Shown here in pieces: positions 26,176-34,151 of a stretch of DNA of 64,000 nt (the first letter of the stretch is position 1; every line of letters starts with the position of its first letter). The stretch comes from a virus, in the IMG/VR virus record IMGVR_UViG_3300021478_000019, positions 53,511 through 117,510 of that record; one strand, given 5' to 3'. A program made the translations under genes and the position numbers. Below the pieces are notes generated by a model, which was given only the letters and a program-made list of their open reading frames with translations, made no database searches and was not told where the DNA came from.

Positions 26176-27278
26176 GACCGACGCCTGATCCGGCGCCCGG
26201 ATTTCGCCGCGGCTGCCGCAGGGTCTGGGCGCCGGCCCTTATTCACTACCGATAAGACAGAGTCCCTCAGGCTCTCCTGCAGAGTCAAGTCCCATCTGAC
26301 CTGTTCTTCCAGCGCAGCGCGCCCATGCCAGCGCTCTTCGCCCAGCTGGTAATAGGAGCCCTTGACGCTGAAGATGTCGTAGTAGAGGGCCAGGTTGATG
26401 ACCTCGGTGGCCGGGTCGTAGCCGCCGGGTGGGATGGCCAGGTCGTTGAAGTCGAAGAAGAAATTGAAGGCGGCGACGCGCTCGGGCGGGAACCCCTTGT
26501 TCTTCTTGATCAGGCACTTGATCGAGATGCCCACCTTCCGCTGGTTGCGCTTCTCACCTTCGGTGATCCATTCGTCCCGCTTCAACTCCACCCTGGTGAA
26601 GTACCAGTAGTTCTTGGCCCGGCCCCCTGGGGTGGTGCGGGGGTCCCCGAACATGATGCCGATCTTCTCTCGCCACTGGTTGACCATGAAGCAGGTCACG
26701 GGGCGATCGGCCTCAACCAGGGACCGCTTCATGGCCGTGTACGCCTTGCGGAAGAACTTGCCCAGGAGGCGGGCGGCGAGGCCCACCTGGTGGTCCTCGA
26801 TGGTCCCCTCGGACTCGCTTATCGGTGATAGCGCCGGCAGGGAGTCGACCACCAGGCAGTCCACGGTGCGGCTCTCCAGCACCCGGATAGCGGCGTTGGC
26901 AGCCTCCTCCAGCACGTTGGTCTGCATGACCACGATGCGGTTGGTGTCGCAGCCCAGAAGTCGGGCCCACTCCGGTACGAAGTCCTCGGCGGCGATCCAG
27001 AACACCGTGAAGTTGGGGTCCAGGCTCTGCTGGTGGGCGATGGTTTTCAGCAGGATGGTGGTCTTGCCCGAGGACTCGTCGCCGTAGATCTCATGCCAGC
27101 TGTTGACGGTCCAGCCGCCCCCCAGCGCTACGTCGAGCGCCAGAGAGCCGCTGGAGATGCGGGGCATGTCGGAGAACTTGATCTGGCTGCCCCAGACCAC
27201 GGTCTCGGGCCCGTACTCGGAGTTGATCTCCCCGATGACGGCGTCGATCTCGACGTGGGCCTTGGTCTTAGTGGCCAT
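26172..27278 (-). CDS. recA: RecA-like recombinase
   Basis: 'SSGSLALDVALGGG', Walker A GDESSGKT, 'LVVDSL', 'NQWREKIGIMFGDPRTTPGG'. Confidence 0.95.
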   Translation of the reverse strand: MATKTKAHVEIDAVIGEINSEYGPETVVWGSQIKFSDMPRISSGSLALDVALGGGWTVNSWHEIYGDESSGKTTILLKTIAHQQSLDPNFTVFWIAAEDFVPEWARLLGCDTNRIVVMQTNVLEEAANAAIRVLESRTVDCLVVDSLPALSPISESEGTIEDHQVGLAARLLGKFFRKAYTAMKRSLVEADRPVTCFMVNQWREKIGIMFGDPRTTPGGRAKNYWYFTRVELKRDEWITEGEKRNQRKVGISIKCLIKKNKGFPPERVAAFNFFFDFNDLAIPPGGYDPATEVINLALYYDIFSVKGSYYQLGEERWHGRAALEEQVRWDLTLQESLRDSVLSVVNKGRRPDPAAAAAKSGRRIRRRS

Positions 27279-27606
27279 CGTTCCTCCAGGCTCTGAGCCC
27301 TGTCTCGGTGACTTCCCACTCATGCAGGATGCTGCCGTGGCGTACCGCTCGACGGGAGCGGGCTGCCCGTCCGGTGTCTGAGATCCAGCCCTTGCCCAGG
27401 GCCTTGCTGGTGAGCGAGCCCACCCGCTTCGGGTTGTCGGGCCGGCGCGCCCCGGTGTCCTCAAAGAAGTCGTCGGTGGTGAACGGCTTGCCGATGGTGG
27501 CGGCGTAGTCGAGGAACAGGGGCAGCACCTCCGACAGCCAGGGATCCTCTTCCTTGCGGGCCTTCTCCACCACCTTCCCGCTGGCCCGGATGTCGGAGTA
27601 GCGCAT
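27268..27606 (-). CDS. Small wHTH-like hypothetical protein
   Basis: 'PFTTDD...RVGSL...KGWI..TG' resembles 28435..28854. Confidence 0.65.
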   Translation of the reverse strand: MRYSDIRASGKVVEKARKEEDPWLSEVLPLFLDYAATIGKPFTTDDFFEDTGARRPDNPKRVGSLTSKALGKGWISDTGRAARSRRAVRHGSILHEWEVTETGLRAWRNDGH

Positions 27607-27609
27607 CAG

Positions 27610-28329
27610 TTACCCGAGTCCTATCCCACTACTGGGGCACTGGGGGTCTTGCCCAGGGCAGCCTGGTGCCGGCGTCGAGGGTGCCGTGATCCCTGGAGTG
27701 GACGGCGGGACGGTGATCAGCGTGGCCGGCGCCGTCGTCGAGGGCCCCCCTGGAGTGGTCTGACCAGGGACCGTGGTGGCGCTGGGGACCGTGGTAGCTC
27801 CTGGCACCGTGGTCGTTGCTCCTGGCAGCGTTGTGCTGCTCGGCAAAGTGGTGGTCGCTCCGGGGACGGTGGTGGTTGTCGCCGGCACCGTGGTGGTGGT
27901 CGGCGCCGCCGTGGTGGTGGTGGTCACCGGGGGACCGGTGGTAGTGATCGAGCAGGTGGCGATGTCGCCGTCACTCAGGGTCACCGAGTTGTCCGTGAAC
28001 GACGTTGCCCCTATGCACATCCATACGCTGGGGACGAAGCCCGCGGTGTCAGCGTTACCACTGGCGCTCAGCTGGTAGGTAGCTGACGGCACGGCGATCT
28101 CGGTCACGTTGGGTGACCCGCCGGCACCGGCGAAAGCGAAGACCGGGCTGGTGGCCATCAGGGTGTAGTCAGCCGGGGTGGTGGTTGACCCCCCATTGAC
28201 GATGTGGACGACCAGGGTCAGGGTCGGGTCGCCCGATGACCGTGTCGCAGCGTGCGATCCAGTCGCGCCCAGGCCCAGAAAAATGCCGAGGCCGGCTAGA
28301 CCGGCCAGGAGGATGGCCAGTCGCTTCAC
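27610..28329 (-). CDS. Secreted protein with pilin/prealbumin-like Ig domain and Thr/Pro-rich repeats
   Basis: Signal peptide; 'LTLVVHIVNGG...WMC...VTLSDGDIATCSITT'; ATTVPG repeats. Confidence 0.75.
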   Translation of the reverse strand: MKRLAILLAGLAGLGIFLGLGATGSHAATRSSGDPTLTLVVHIVNGGSTTTPADYTLMATSPVFAFAGAGGSPNVTEIAVPSATYQLSASGNADTAGFVPSVWMCIGATSFTDNSVTLSDGDIATCSITTTGPPVTTTTTAAPTTTTVPATTTTVPGATTTLPSSTTLPGATTTVPGATTVPSATTVPGQTTPGGPSTTAPATLITVPPSTPGITAPSTPAPGCPGQDPQCPSSGIGLG

Positions 28330-28448
28330 TTCTTGGTGCCAGCCTTCTTGGCGGTGGGCTTCTTCTTGTCGTCCTTCTTGTCGTCATCCTTCTGCCCGAA
28401 GGGCTTGGCTTGCTTGCCCCCGAATGGTTCCTTCTTAGTGGCTGCCAT
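28326..28448 (-). CDS. Small Lys-rich peptide
   Basis: AAGGA RBS; MAATKKEPFGGKQAKPFGQKDDDKK... Confidence 0.6.
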   Translation of the reverse strand: MAATKKEPFGGKQAKPFGQKDDDKKDDKKKPTAKKAGTKK

Positions 28449-28854
28449 TACCATTTCCTTTCTGTCGCATGAATAGCTCCACGGTGGAGAGCTTGTTAGC
28501 TCCGAAGTTGAGGGACTTCCATTGCTGCAATTCTCGGTGGCGACGGGGAATTTTGGTGGGCCTCCAGTCACCTTTGATCTTTTCGATATAGCCGTCCTCG
28601 GCTAGCCATTGCATCACCCGCCCCATGGCAGAGGGTTGGTGCGTATGCACGCCGGGGTGGTTGTTCGCCAACTCCTTCCACATTTCATCGGTATTGAAGT
28701 TCCGGTAGTAGGAGGAACAGTCGATGCCTGAGTCGTAGGCGGCTTGCATCCAGTCAACGTCGGCATGCTCTTCAGCTGTGGCGATGCCGCTGTTGCGGGC
28801 GGCACGGGCAGCTGGTGGGTCGAACAGTGGCGGATGCCTCGGTATCCTCCTCAC
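28435..28854 (-). CDS. wHTH-like hypothetical protein
   Basis: 'NFNTDEMW...SAMGRVM..LAEDGYIEK...RH...QQWKS'. Confidence 0.65.
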   Translation of the reverse strand: MRRIPRHPPLFDPPAARAARNSGIATAEEHADVDWMQAAYDSGIDCSSYYRNFNTDEMWKELANNHPGVHTHQPSAMGRVMQWLAEDGYIEKIKGDWRPTKIPRRHRELQQWKSLNFGANKLSTVELFMRQKGNGNGSH

Positions 28855-29103
28855 TTAGCCACGGTTCTCCTTCTTGTTGTAGCGGCTGCTGGTGGGCTTG
28901 GCTTCGCCGGTCTTACTGATGGGCTTGCGCCCGGACTCTCGGGTCTCAGCTGCCTTCTCCCCCATGGCGTGACGCCGGCCCTTACCCTGAGCCTGGGCGT
29001 TGGAGATGGCTGCCGCCTTGCTCTTGGAAAATCCCTCCTTCTTCAGTGCCTCGTAGCTATCTGGCTTCTTAATAGAGGGACCGGGATCTTTGCCACCTGG
29101 CAT
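28855..29103 (-). CDS. Small basic protein of the 'GPSIKxxxxYEALxxEGxSKSKAAAISNA' type (DUF7218-like)
   Basis: AGGAGGA RBS; recognisable motif. Confidence 0.75.
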   Translation of the reverse strand: MPGGKDPGPSIKKPDSYEALKKEGFSKSKAAAISNAQAQGKGRRHAMGEKAAETRESGRKPISKTGEAKPTSSRYNKKENRG

Positions 29104-29111
29104 GACTCCTC

Positions 29112-29606
29112 CTATCTGAGTGCAGCTGGGTTCCAATTGCTGGCCGACAGGGTGTCGTCCATGCCGAAGCGGGACGCGGCATGGGGGTTGTCGGAGCGGG
29201 CCGACTGGGTGGGCCCGGAGCTAATCACCCCGGCGTTGCTGAGCATGGTGCCGGTCTGGGTGAAGTACTCGCCGTTGTAGCCGCAGTCCACGCAGAGGGG
29301 CGCGGCCTCGGCGTTGGCCCACCGGCGCCGGAAGAAGTTGCCGCCCCCGCACTCCGGGCAGCGCCCCGAGGCAGCACTCCCAGCTGGGGCCTTGGAGTTA
29401 AAGCCCTGCTGACGGACTCGAATGTAGACTTCGTCGCCCTCCGACTGGTCTGGTGGCAGTTGGCGCTGTTGGGGACTGGTCGGGGGGTACGAGTCCTCCC
29501 AGCGCACCGCCTTGCGAGGCAGGCCGGTAGGGGCAGCTGGTCTGGTCTCCTGGCGTGCCGGCGGGGCCATGCCCAGTCGGCGGGCCCACCAACCACCGTC
29601 ACTCAT
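29112..29606 (-). CDS. Zn-ribbon protein
   Basis: 'CPECGGGNFF...PLCVDCGY'. Confidence 0.75.
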   Translation of the reverse strand: MSDGGWWARRLGMAPPARQETRPAAPTGLPRKAVRWEDSYPPTSPQQRQLPPDQSEGDEVYIRVRQQGFNSKAPAGSAASGRCPECGGGNFFRRRWANAEAAPLCVDCGYNGEYFTQTGTMLSNAGVISSGPTQSARSDNPHAASRFGMDDTLSASNWNPAALR

Positions 29607-29615
29607 ATTCGCTCC

Positions 29616-31601
29616 TCATTTACACTCGGCCCAGTTCTGGCCGACGCTGATATTGGCTACCAGGGGTACATCGAGGACAGGCCGGTCGCCCAGGCGAATA
29701 TCCTCCATAGCTTCCCGCACCAACGGTAGGGCTCGGGGTACTACCCGCTCGTCGCACTCGATGATGAACTCATCGTGGATCTGGAGGACCAGGTGGGCGT
29801 CGAGGCCGCGCAGGGCCTCATGCACGGCCACGATGGCCAGCTTGGCGATGTCCGCAGCGGTGCCCTGGATGGGGTGGTTGACGGCCTGGCGCTCGGCGTA
29901 GTACCGCAGCTTGGGCACGTCGGAGGTGACGTCCTTGAGCCGGCGCTTCCGTCCGTAGAGAGTCTCGACGAAGCCCTGGACCCGGCAGAAGTCCTTCACC
30001 TTCTCGGCCCAGCGCTTCACGCCGGGGTAGGCCCGGTGCCACGCTTTATAGACCGCCTCGGCGTCGGACTCAGAGATCCCCGACATCTCCTCCACCCGGC
30101 CTGGGCCCCCCTCAAAGGCGAAGTTGAAGTTGCAGTTCTTGGCGATGGAGCGCTGGGCGGGGGTCACCTCGGTCTGAGGGATGCGCCAGATCAGAGCCGC
30201 GGTCTGGGTGTGCAGGTCCAGGTCATGGGTGTAGGCGTACATCAGCTTGGCATCACGGCACTGGTGAGCCAGGACCCGTAGCTCGATCTGGCTGTAGTCG
30301 GCCACGATGAGCTTGCGGCCCGAAGGGGCAACGAACAGGCGGCGCACCATGGTGGCCTCAAAGGTGTCCTTGTAGCGGGCCGGGATGTTCTGCAGGTTGG
30401 GGGTCGAGCAGCTGAGTCGACCGGTGCGGGCGATGGCCTGGTTGAAGCTGGCCCGGATCCTGTTGTCGTCCTCGATGGTGGGGATATATCCAGCGACGTA
30501 AGTGGAGAGCAGCTTTTGAAGATCCTTGTATTCCAGCACCGCTCCAGCCGCGGGGCTGCGCCGGGCCAGGTACCGCAGGGTCTGGGCGTCGGTGGAGCGG
30601 GCCCCCTTGTCGGTGAACTTGGGGCACTTGATCCGCAGGACGTCATAGAAGTAGTGACCCAGCTGCTGGGTGGAGTTGAGGTTGATCTCGTCGGGCCGGT
30701 CCCAGCGGTCGGTGATGATGGCGATCGCCTGGCGCTGGGCCGCGGTGCGGCGGGTCTCCAGTTCGGGCCGCAGCCGGCGGAACTCCTCCACGTCCACGTA
30801 GGCGCCGTACTGGCGCATGTGGATCAGGACCCGCAGCACCTCCATCTCCAGGTCGAGGAGGGCCCGCAGCTTGGCCAGGCCCCTCTTGGAGAGCTTGCGG
30901 GTCAGCTTCCACCACAACAGCCAGGCCATCTTGGCGTCGACCAGGGAGTAGCGGATGGCCCGCTCAAACTCGACCCGGTACGCCTCCTCGCCCAGCTTCT
31001 CCGCATAGATATAGCCCACGTACAGCTTGGACAAGGCCCCCAGCTTGTAGACGCCCAGGTTCTCGTTGAGCAGGAACGCGGCCACCAACGTGTCGCCGTA
31101 GGGGGGGTCGGGGATCTCCCCGTCGTAGTACTTGCTCACGGACAGCAGGTCGAAGCCCACGTTCTGATTGACCTTGCGCCGGTCGCTGAACATGAGGGGC
31201 TCCAGGGCGTCGAAGACCTGCTCAGGGCGCAGCTGGGGCCGGGGGTCGGGGTGGCCGCAGGGGATGACGTCAGAGCGCCCCGGCCCGGCCAGGCTGATTG
31301 ACCACACCACGTTGGTCATGGGGTCGAGGGCGGGCTTGTCCTTGCCGGCGGCATCGCGGCACTCGTCGGTGCAAAACTTCCGATTGTGCCGTGGTGGGAA
31401 CGGTCGCTGGCAGGAAGGGCAGATCTTCATCTGCTCCGCATCACGGGACGTGCCCTTGGGTATCTCCCCGGCCAGGGCCAGGCCCCGAACCTTGCGGTTG
31501 GTCCGGGTCTCGACGTCGAAGGCGAACTCGTCGAAGTCGAGGTAATCCTCGACGACCTGCTTCAGGTCTTCGGTGGTCCGAACGGTTTTGGTAGCGAGCA
31601 T
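29616..31601 (-). CDS. polA: DNA polymerase family A (3'-5' exonuclease + polymerase)
   Basis: ExoI 'FDVET', 'TGRLSCSTPNLQNIP', motif A 'ADYSQIELR', motif B 'RSIAKNCNF', motif C 'QIHDE'. Confidence 0.96.
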   Translation of the reverse strand: MLATKTVRTTEDLKQVVEDYLDFDEFAFDVETRTNRKVRGLALAGEIPKGTSRDAEQMKICPSCQRPFPPRHNRKFCTDECRDAAGKDKPALDPMTNVVWSISLAGPGRSDVIPCGHPDPRPQLRPEQVFDALEPLMFSDRRKVNQNVGFDLLSVSKYYDGEIPDPPYGDTLVAAFLLNENLGVYKLGALSKLYVGYIYAEKLGEEAYRVEFERAIRYSLVDAKMAWLLWWKLTRKLSKRGLAKLRALLDLEMEVLRVLIHMRQYGAYVDVEEFRRLRPELETRRTAAQRQAIAIITDRWDRPDEINLNSTQQLGHYFYDVLRIKCPKFTDKGARSTDAQTLRYLARRSPAAGAVLEYKDLQKLLSTYVAGYIPTIEDDNRIRASFNQAIARTGRLSCSTPNLQNIPARYKDTFEATMVRRLFVAPSGRKLIVADYSQIELRVLAHQCRDAKLMYAYTHDLDLHTQTAALIWRIPQTEVTPAQRSIAKNCNFNFAFEGGPGRVEEMSGISESDAEAVYKAWHRAYPGVKRWAEKVKDFCRVQGFVETLYGRKRRLKDVTSDVPKLRYYAERQAVNHPIQGTAADIAKLAIVAVHEALRGLDAHLVLQIHDEFIIECDERVVPRALPLVREAMEDIRLGDRPVLDVPLVANISVGQNWAECK

Positions 31602-31605
31602 TCAT

Positions 31606-31693
31606 TCCCCTCGGGTTGGCGAGGGGGAGAGCCAGCGGTCAAGATCCGACTCTCCCCCTCGGGCGCAGGTGACGGCTCCCGCAGCATCACCTG
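31606..31693 (-). promoter_or_regulatory. Structured leader of the pol gene (two hairpins, alternative SD-sequestering stem)
   Basis: 12-bp stem CGAGGGGGAGAG/CTCTCCCCCTCG and 7-bp stem CAGGTGA/TCACCTG. Confidence 0.5.
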
Positions 31694-31698
31694 GCCAT

Positions 31699-32397
31699 TC
31701 AGGTCGTAGCCGCGTCGGCCACTCCCTGAAGTTCGGCCTTGGTCGAGCGCTCCACCGAGGAGGCGTCCCACAGCTTCTTGGCGTAGGTCTGGATCTGGGC
31801 GTCGGTCAGGGGCTTGGTGTCCCAGTCCTCCTCCAGGTCACGGGCCTTGATGGGGCGGATCTGGGTGCGCCGGCCCTTCTTGTTCTTGCCCCCGCTCATG
31901 GAGATGGCGAAGTACTGGTTCTCGATGGGCTGGTACTTGGCGATGGTCTCGGCCACGGTGATGCCGGTCTGCAGGGTGGTGTGGATGGGCTCGTCGGCAT
32001 GCAGGTCCAAGATGTTGAACCGGATCTGGCTGTTGGGGTCGTCGACCTCGCAGATCGGGCACTCGTCGGGCCGCATGCACACGTAGCCCAGCTTCTGGCC
32101 GTTGGGCAGCCAGTCACACCAGTGCTGGTTGAACGATGCGTAGGGCCCGTCCTCCAAGAACATGATCAGCTGCTCCTCGTCGGGAACCTTGAAGAGCTTG
32201 GCGTACTTGGTGGGGGCGTTGGCCTTGGTGCGGGCGTAGCCGCCCCAGCCGGCGGCGACGGCGCCGACCGTCAGGTCGCCGTCATCGCTCCCATTGTCAC
32301 GCTGCGGGCGGCGGCGTCGAGGAGCCTCCTCCTCCTCGTCGTACTCTTCTGCTGGTCGGGGTCGGCGGATGATCCTTCTGGTCGCGGTCTCGGGCAT
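31699..32397 (-). CDS. Single-stranded DNA-binding protein (gp32-like)
   Basis: 'FNQHW...YVC....CPICE...FNILD'; adjacent to pol. Confidence 0.75.
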   Translation of the reverse strand: MPETATRRIIRRPRPAEEYDEEEEAPRRRRPQRDNGSDDGDLTVGAVAAGWGGYARTKANAPTKYAKLFKVPDEEQLIMFLEDGPYASFNQHWCDWLPNGQKLGYVCMRPDECPICEVDDPNSQIRFNILDLHADEPIHTTLQTGITVAETIAKYQPIENQYFAISMSGGKNKKGRRTQIRPIKARDLEEDWDTKPLTDAQIQTYAKKLWDASSVERSTKAELQGVADAATT

Positions 32398-32692
32398 GCT
32401 GGTTCCTTTGTAGGGTGGTTGATAGGTAATCCTCGGCCAGGTTCGGGCTGAACTCCGAGAACTCGGAGAGGGTTTCCAGTTCCTGGTGGGCGAGCTTGCT
32501 CACCTCGTCGATGACTTTGATTTCCAGGTGATCGGTGAAGGTGGCCCGGTGCTGGGGATCCAGTTCCGCCCAGCCCTGGTCGGTGAAGCCAAGATCATGG
32601 TGATCAGCCTCGGCGCCGACCTCTACTTGAGCGGTCTCGTATTCTCGGATTCTCATCGTGAGACGGATCTGCTTACTGAGCTTCATAGCCAA
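32297..32692 (-). CDS. Hypothetical protein
   Basis: 'LTMRIREYETAQVEVG'; C-terminal tail overlaps the SSB gene. Confidence 0.6.
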   Translation of the reverse strand: MAMKLSKQIRLTMRIREYETAQVEVGAEADHHDLGFTDQGWAELDPQHRATFTDHLEIKVIDEVSKLAHQELETLSEFSEFSPNLAEDYLSTTLQRNQHARDRDQKDHPPTPTSRRVRRGGGGSSTPPPAA

Positions 32693-33150
32693 CTCCGGTA
32701 CTCAGCGACGATGCGCTCGGTGAACCTGGTCTCGGTGATGGGGGGTGGCTTGGGGTTGAGCAGTCCCTCCTCTCTGGCGATGCGTTGCATGCCCTCGATC
32801 ATCTTGCGGTTCCACAGTCGGCGCCCGGCGTTGCCGCGGCTGCCGACGATGTCGTTGGTGCGGTAGCGGGCCTTGGGGATCCAGGCTTTGGTGATCCACG
32901 ATCGGATGGTGACGGGCCGGCGCCCCAGAGCCTTGGCCAGGGCGCCGATGTGGAACATCTCCATCTCCCTGCCGTCAGGCAGGTGCTTGATCACCGGATG
33001 GGCGTCCCAGCCCTCTTCCTCCTTGGCCTCGGCCCGCTCTCGGGCCAGGCGCAGGGCTTTGTCCTCCCTGGACTCCCGGCGCCGCTGCTTGGAGGCCGGG
33101 TAGAACTCGCTCTGGAGGTCCCCGAAGGCTTCGCTGATCAGGTCGCTCAT
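32683..33150 (-). CDS. MerR-like HTH protein
   Basis: 'FHIGALAKALGRRPVTIRSWITKAWIP...GRRLW'. Confidence 0.8.
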   Translation of the reverse strand: MSDLISEAFGDLQSEFYPASKQRRRESREDKALRLARERAEAKEEEGWDAHPVIKHLPDGREMEMFHIGALAKALGRRPVTIRSWITKAWIPKARYRTNDIVGSRGNAGRRLWNRKMIEGMQRIAREEGLLNPKPPPITETRFTERIVAEYRSWL

Positions 33151-33614
33151 GACACCGGCTTCTCGTTCTCGTCGAGGAGCCAGAACGAGAAGCTGATGGT
33201 CTTCGGGAACATCTGATCCAACTCGGCCTCGGTGATCTTGCCGTCGTAGAAGCCGGCGTAGATGGCGTCGGGGTCCAGGCTGGTCTCCACCACCGTCCTG
33301 GTCACGGTCATGGCGTCCCACAGACCCTTCTTCCGCAGGATCTCTTCCGCCCGCTCATAGTTGGTGGAGTCGCTGACGCTGCGCTGGTTCTTGAGGGTCA
33401 GGATCCGGCGGTCTCCGACCGGCTCCTTCAATCGCAGGAAAATAGAGCCGGTGGTGGGGTCCGTCTCCCCGTATTGCTGCACCATTTCCTTGAGGGCCTT
33501 CTTGCCCTCGTTGAGCTTGGCACCGATCAGAGTGGACTGCCGTTTGAGGGCATACCAGGACTCCACCACCCCCTGGACTTTGCTCAGGTCCACTGTGGCA
33601 CGCTTCGTAGGCAT
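33147..33614 (-). CDS. Hypothetical phage protein (N-terminal coiled coil)
   Basis: Leaderless start after TACCCT; GC3-rich codons. Confidence 0.75.
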   Translation of the reverse strand: MPTKRATVDLSKVQGVVESWYALKRQSTLIGAKLNEGKKALKEMVQQYGETDPTTGSIFLRLKEPVGDRRILTLKNQRSVSDSTNYERAEEILRKKGLWDAMTVTRTVVETSLDPDAIYAGFYDGKITEAELDQMFPKTISFSFWLLDENEKPVS

Positions 33615-33648
33615 GCCCCAAGGGTACTTAGGGGGTGTGACGGTCTCG

Positions 33649-33999
33649 CTACCCCGGCCCTGAAATAGCCAGGGCGTAAGTCTGGACGAGGTAGGCCATC
33701 ACGCCCTCCTCCTGGGCCCGGTCCAGCCATATCTGGTTCTCTCGGGCATGCCGTAAAGAGTCCATGAAACACAGGACGATGTTGCACTTCGTCCATGATT
33801 TAACGCGGCGCCACTCCAGATGCCGGAAGCTCTCGACCTCATGCTCCAGAAAGGGCAGGGTGCCGTTGTCGAGGATGATGATGGTCTCGGACCACTCTCG
33901 GGCCATGGCGTTGAGCCCGGTCAGGCACAGGCGCAACACGTAGGTGTCCTCATCCAGGCAGGAGCCCAGGAACAGATAACGGGGCCCGTAATTGGTCAT
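33649..33999 (-). CDS. Hypothetical protein
   Basis: ATGA overlap; fits the operon. Confidence 0.6.
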   Translation of the reverse strand: MTNYGPRYLFLGSCLDEDTYVLRLCLTGLNAMAREWSETIIILDNGTLPFLEHEVESFRHLEWRRVKSWTKCNIVLCFMDSLRHARENQIWLDRAQEEGVMAYLVQTYALAISGPG

Positions 34000-34151
34000 C
34001 CCTCATCCGAACCAGGCACGAAACGCCACACTATTCCGAACGGCGGGGCTGTCCAGGTATGACAGTTCCCGCAGTAGCCCTCCTCCAGGTCATGGGGGTT
34101 GTGGCTAACCATGCTGCAGCGGGGACAGGTGAATGTTGTCTCGGTGGTCAT
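33996..34151 (-). CDS. Small Zn-finger protein (not in the ORF track)
   Basis: MTTETTFTCPRCSMVSHNPHDLEEGYCGNCHTW... Confidence 0.7.
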   Translation of the reverse strand: MTTETTFTCPRCSMVSHNPHDLEEGYCGNCHTWTAPPFGIVWRFVPGSDEG

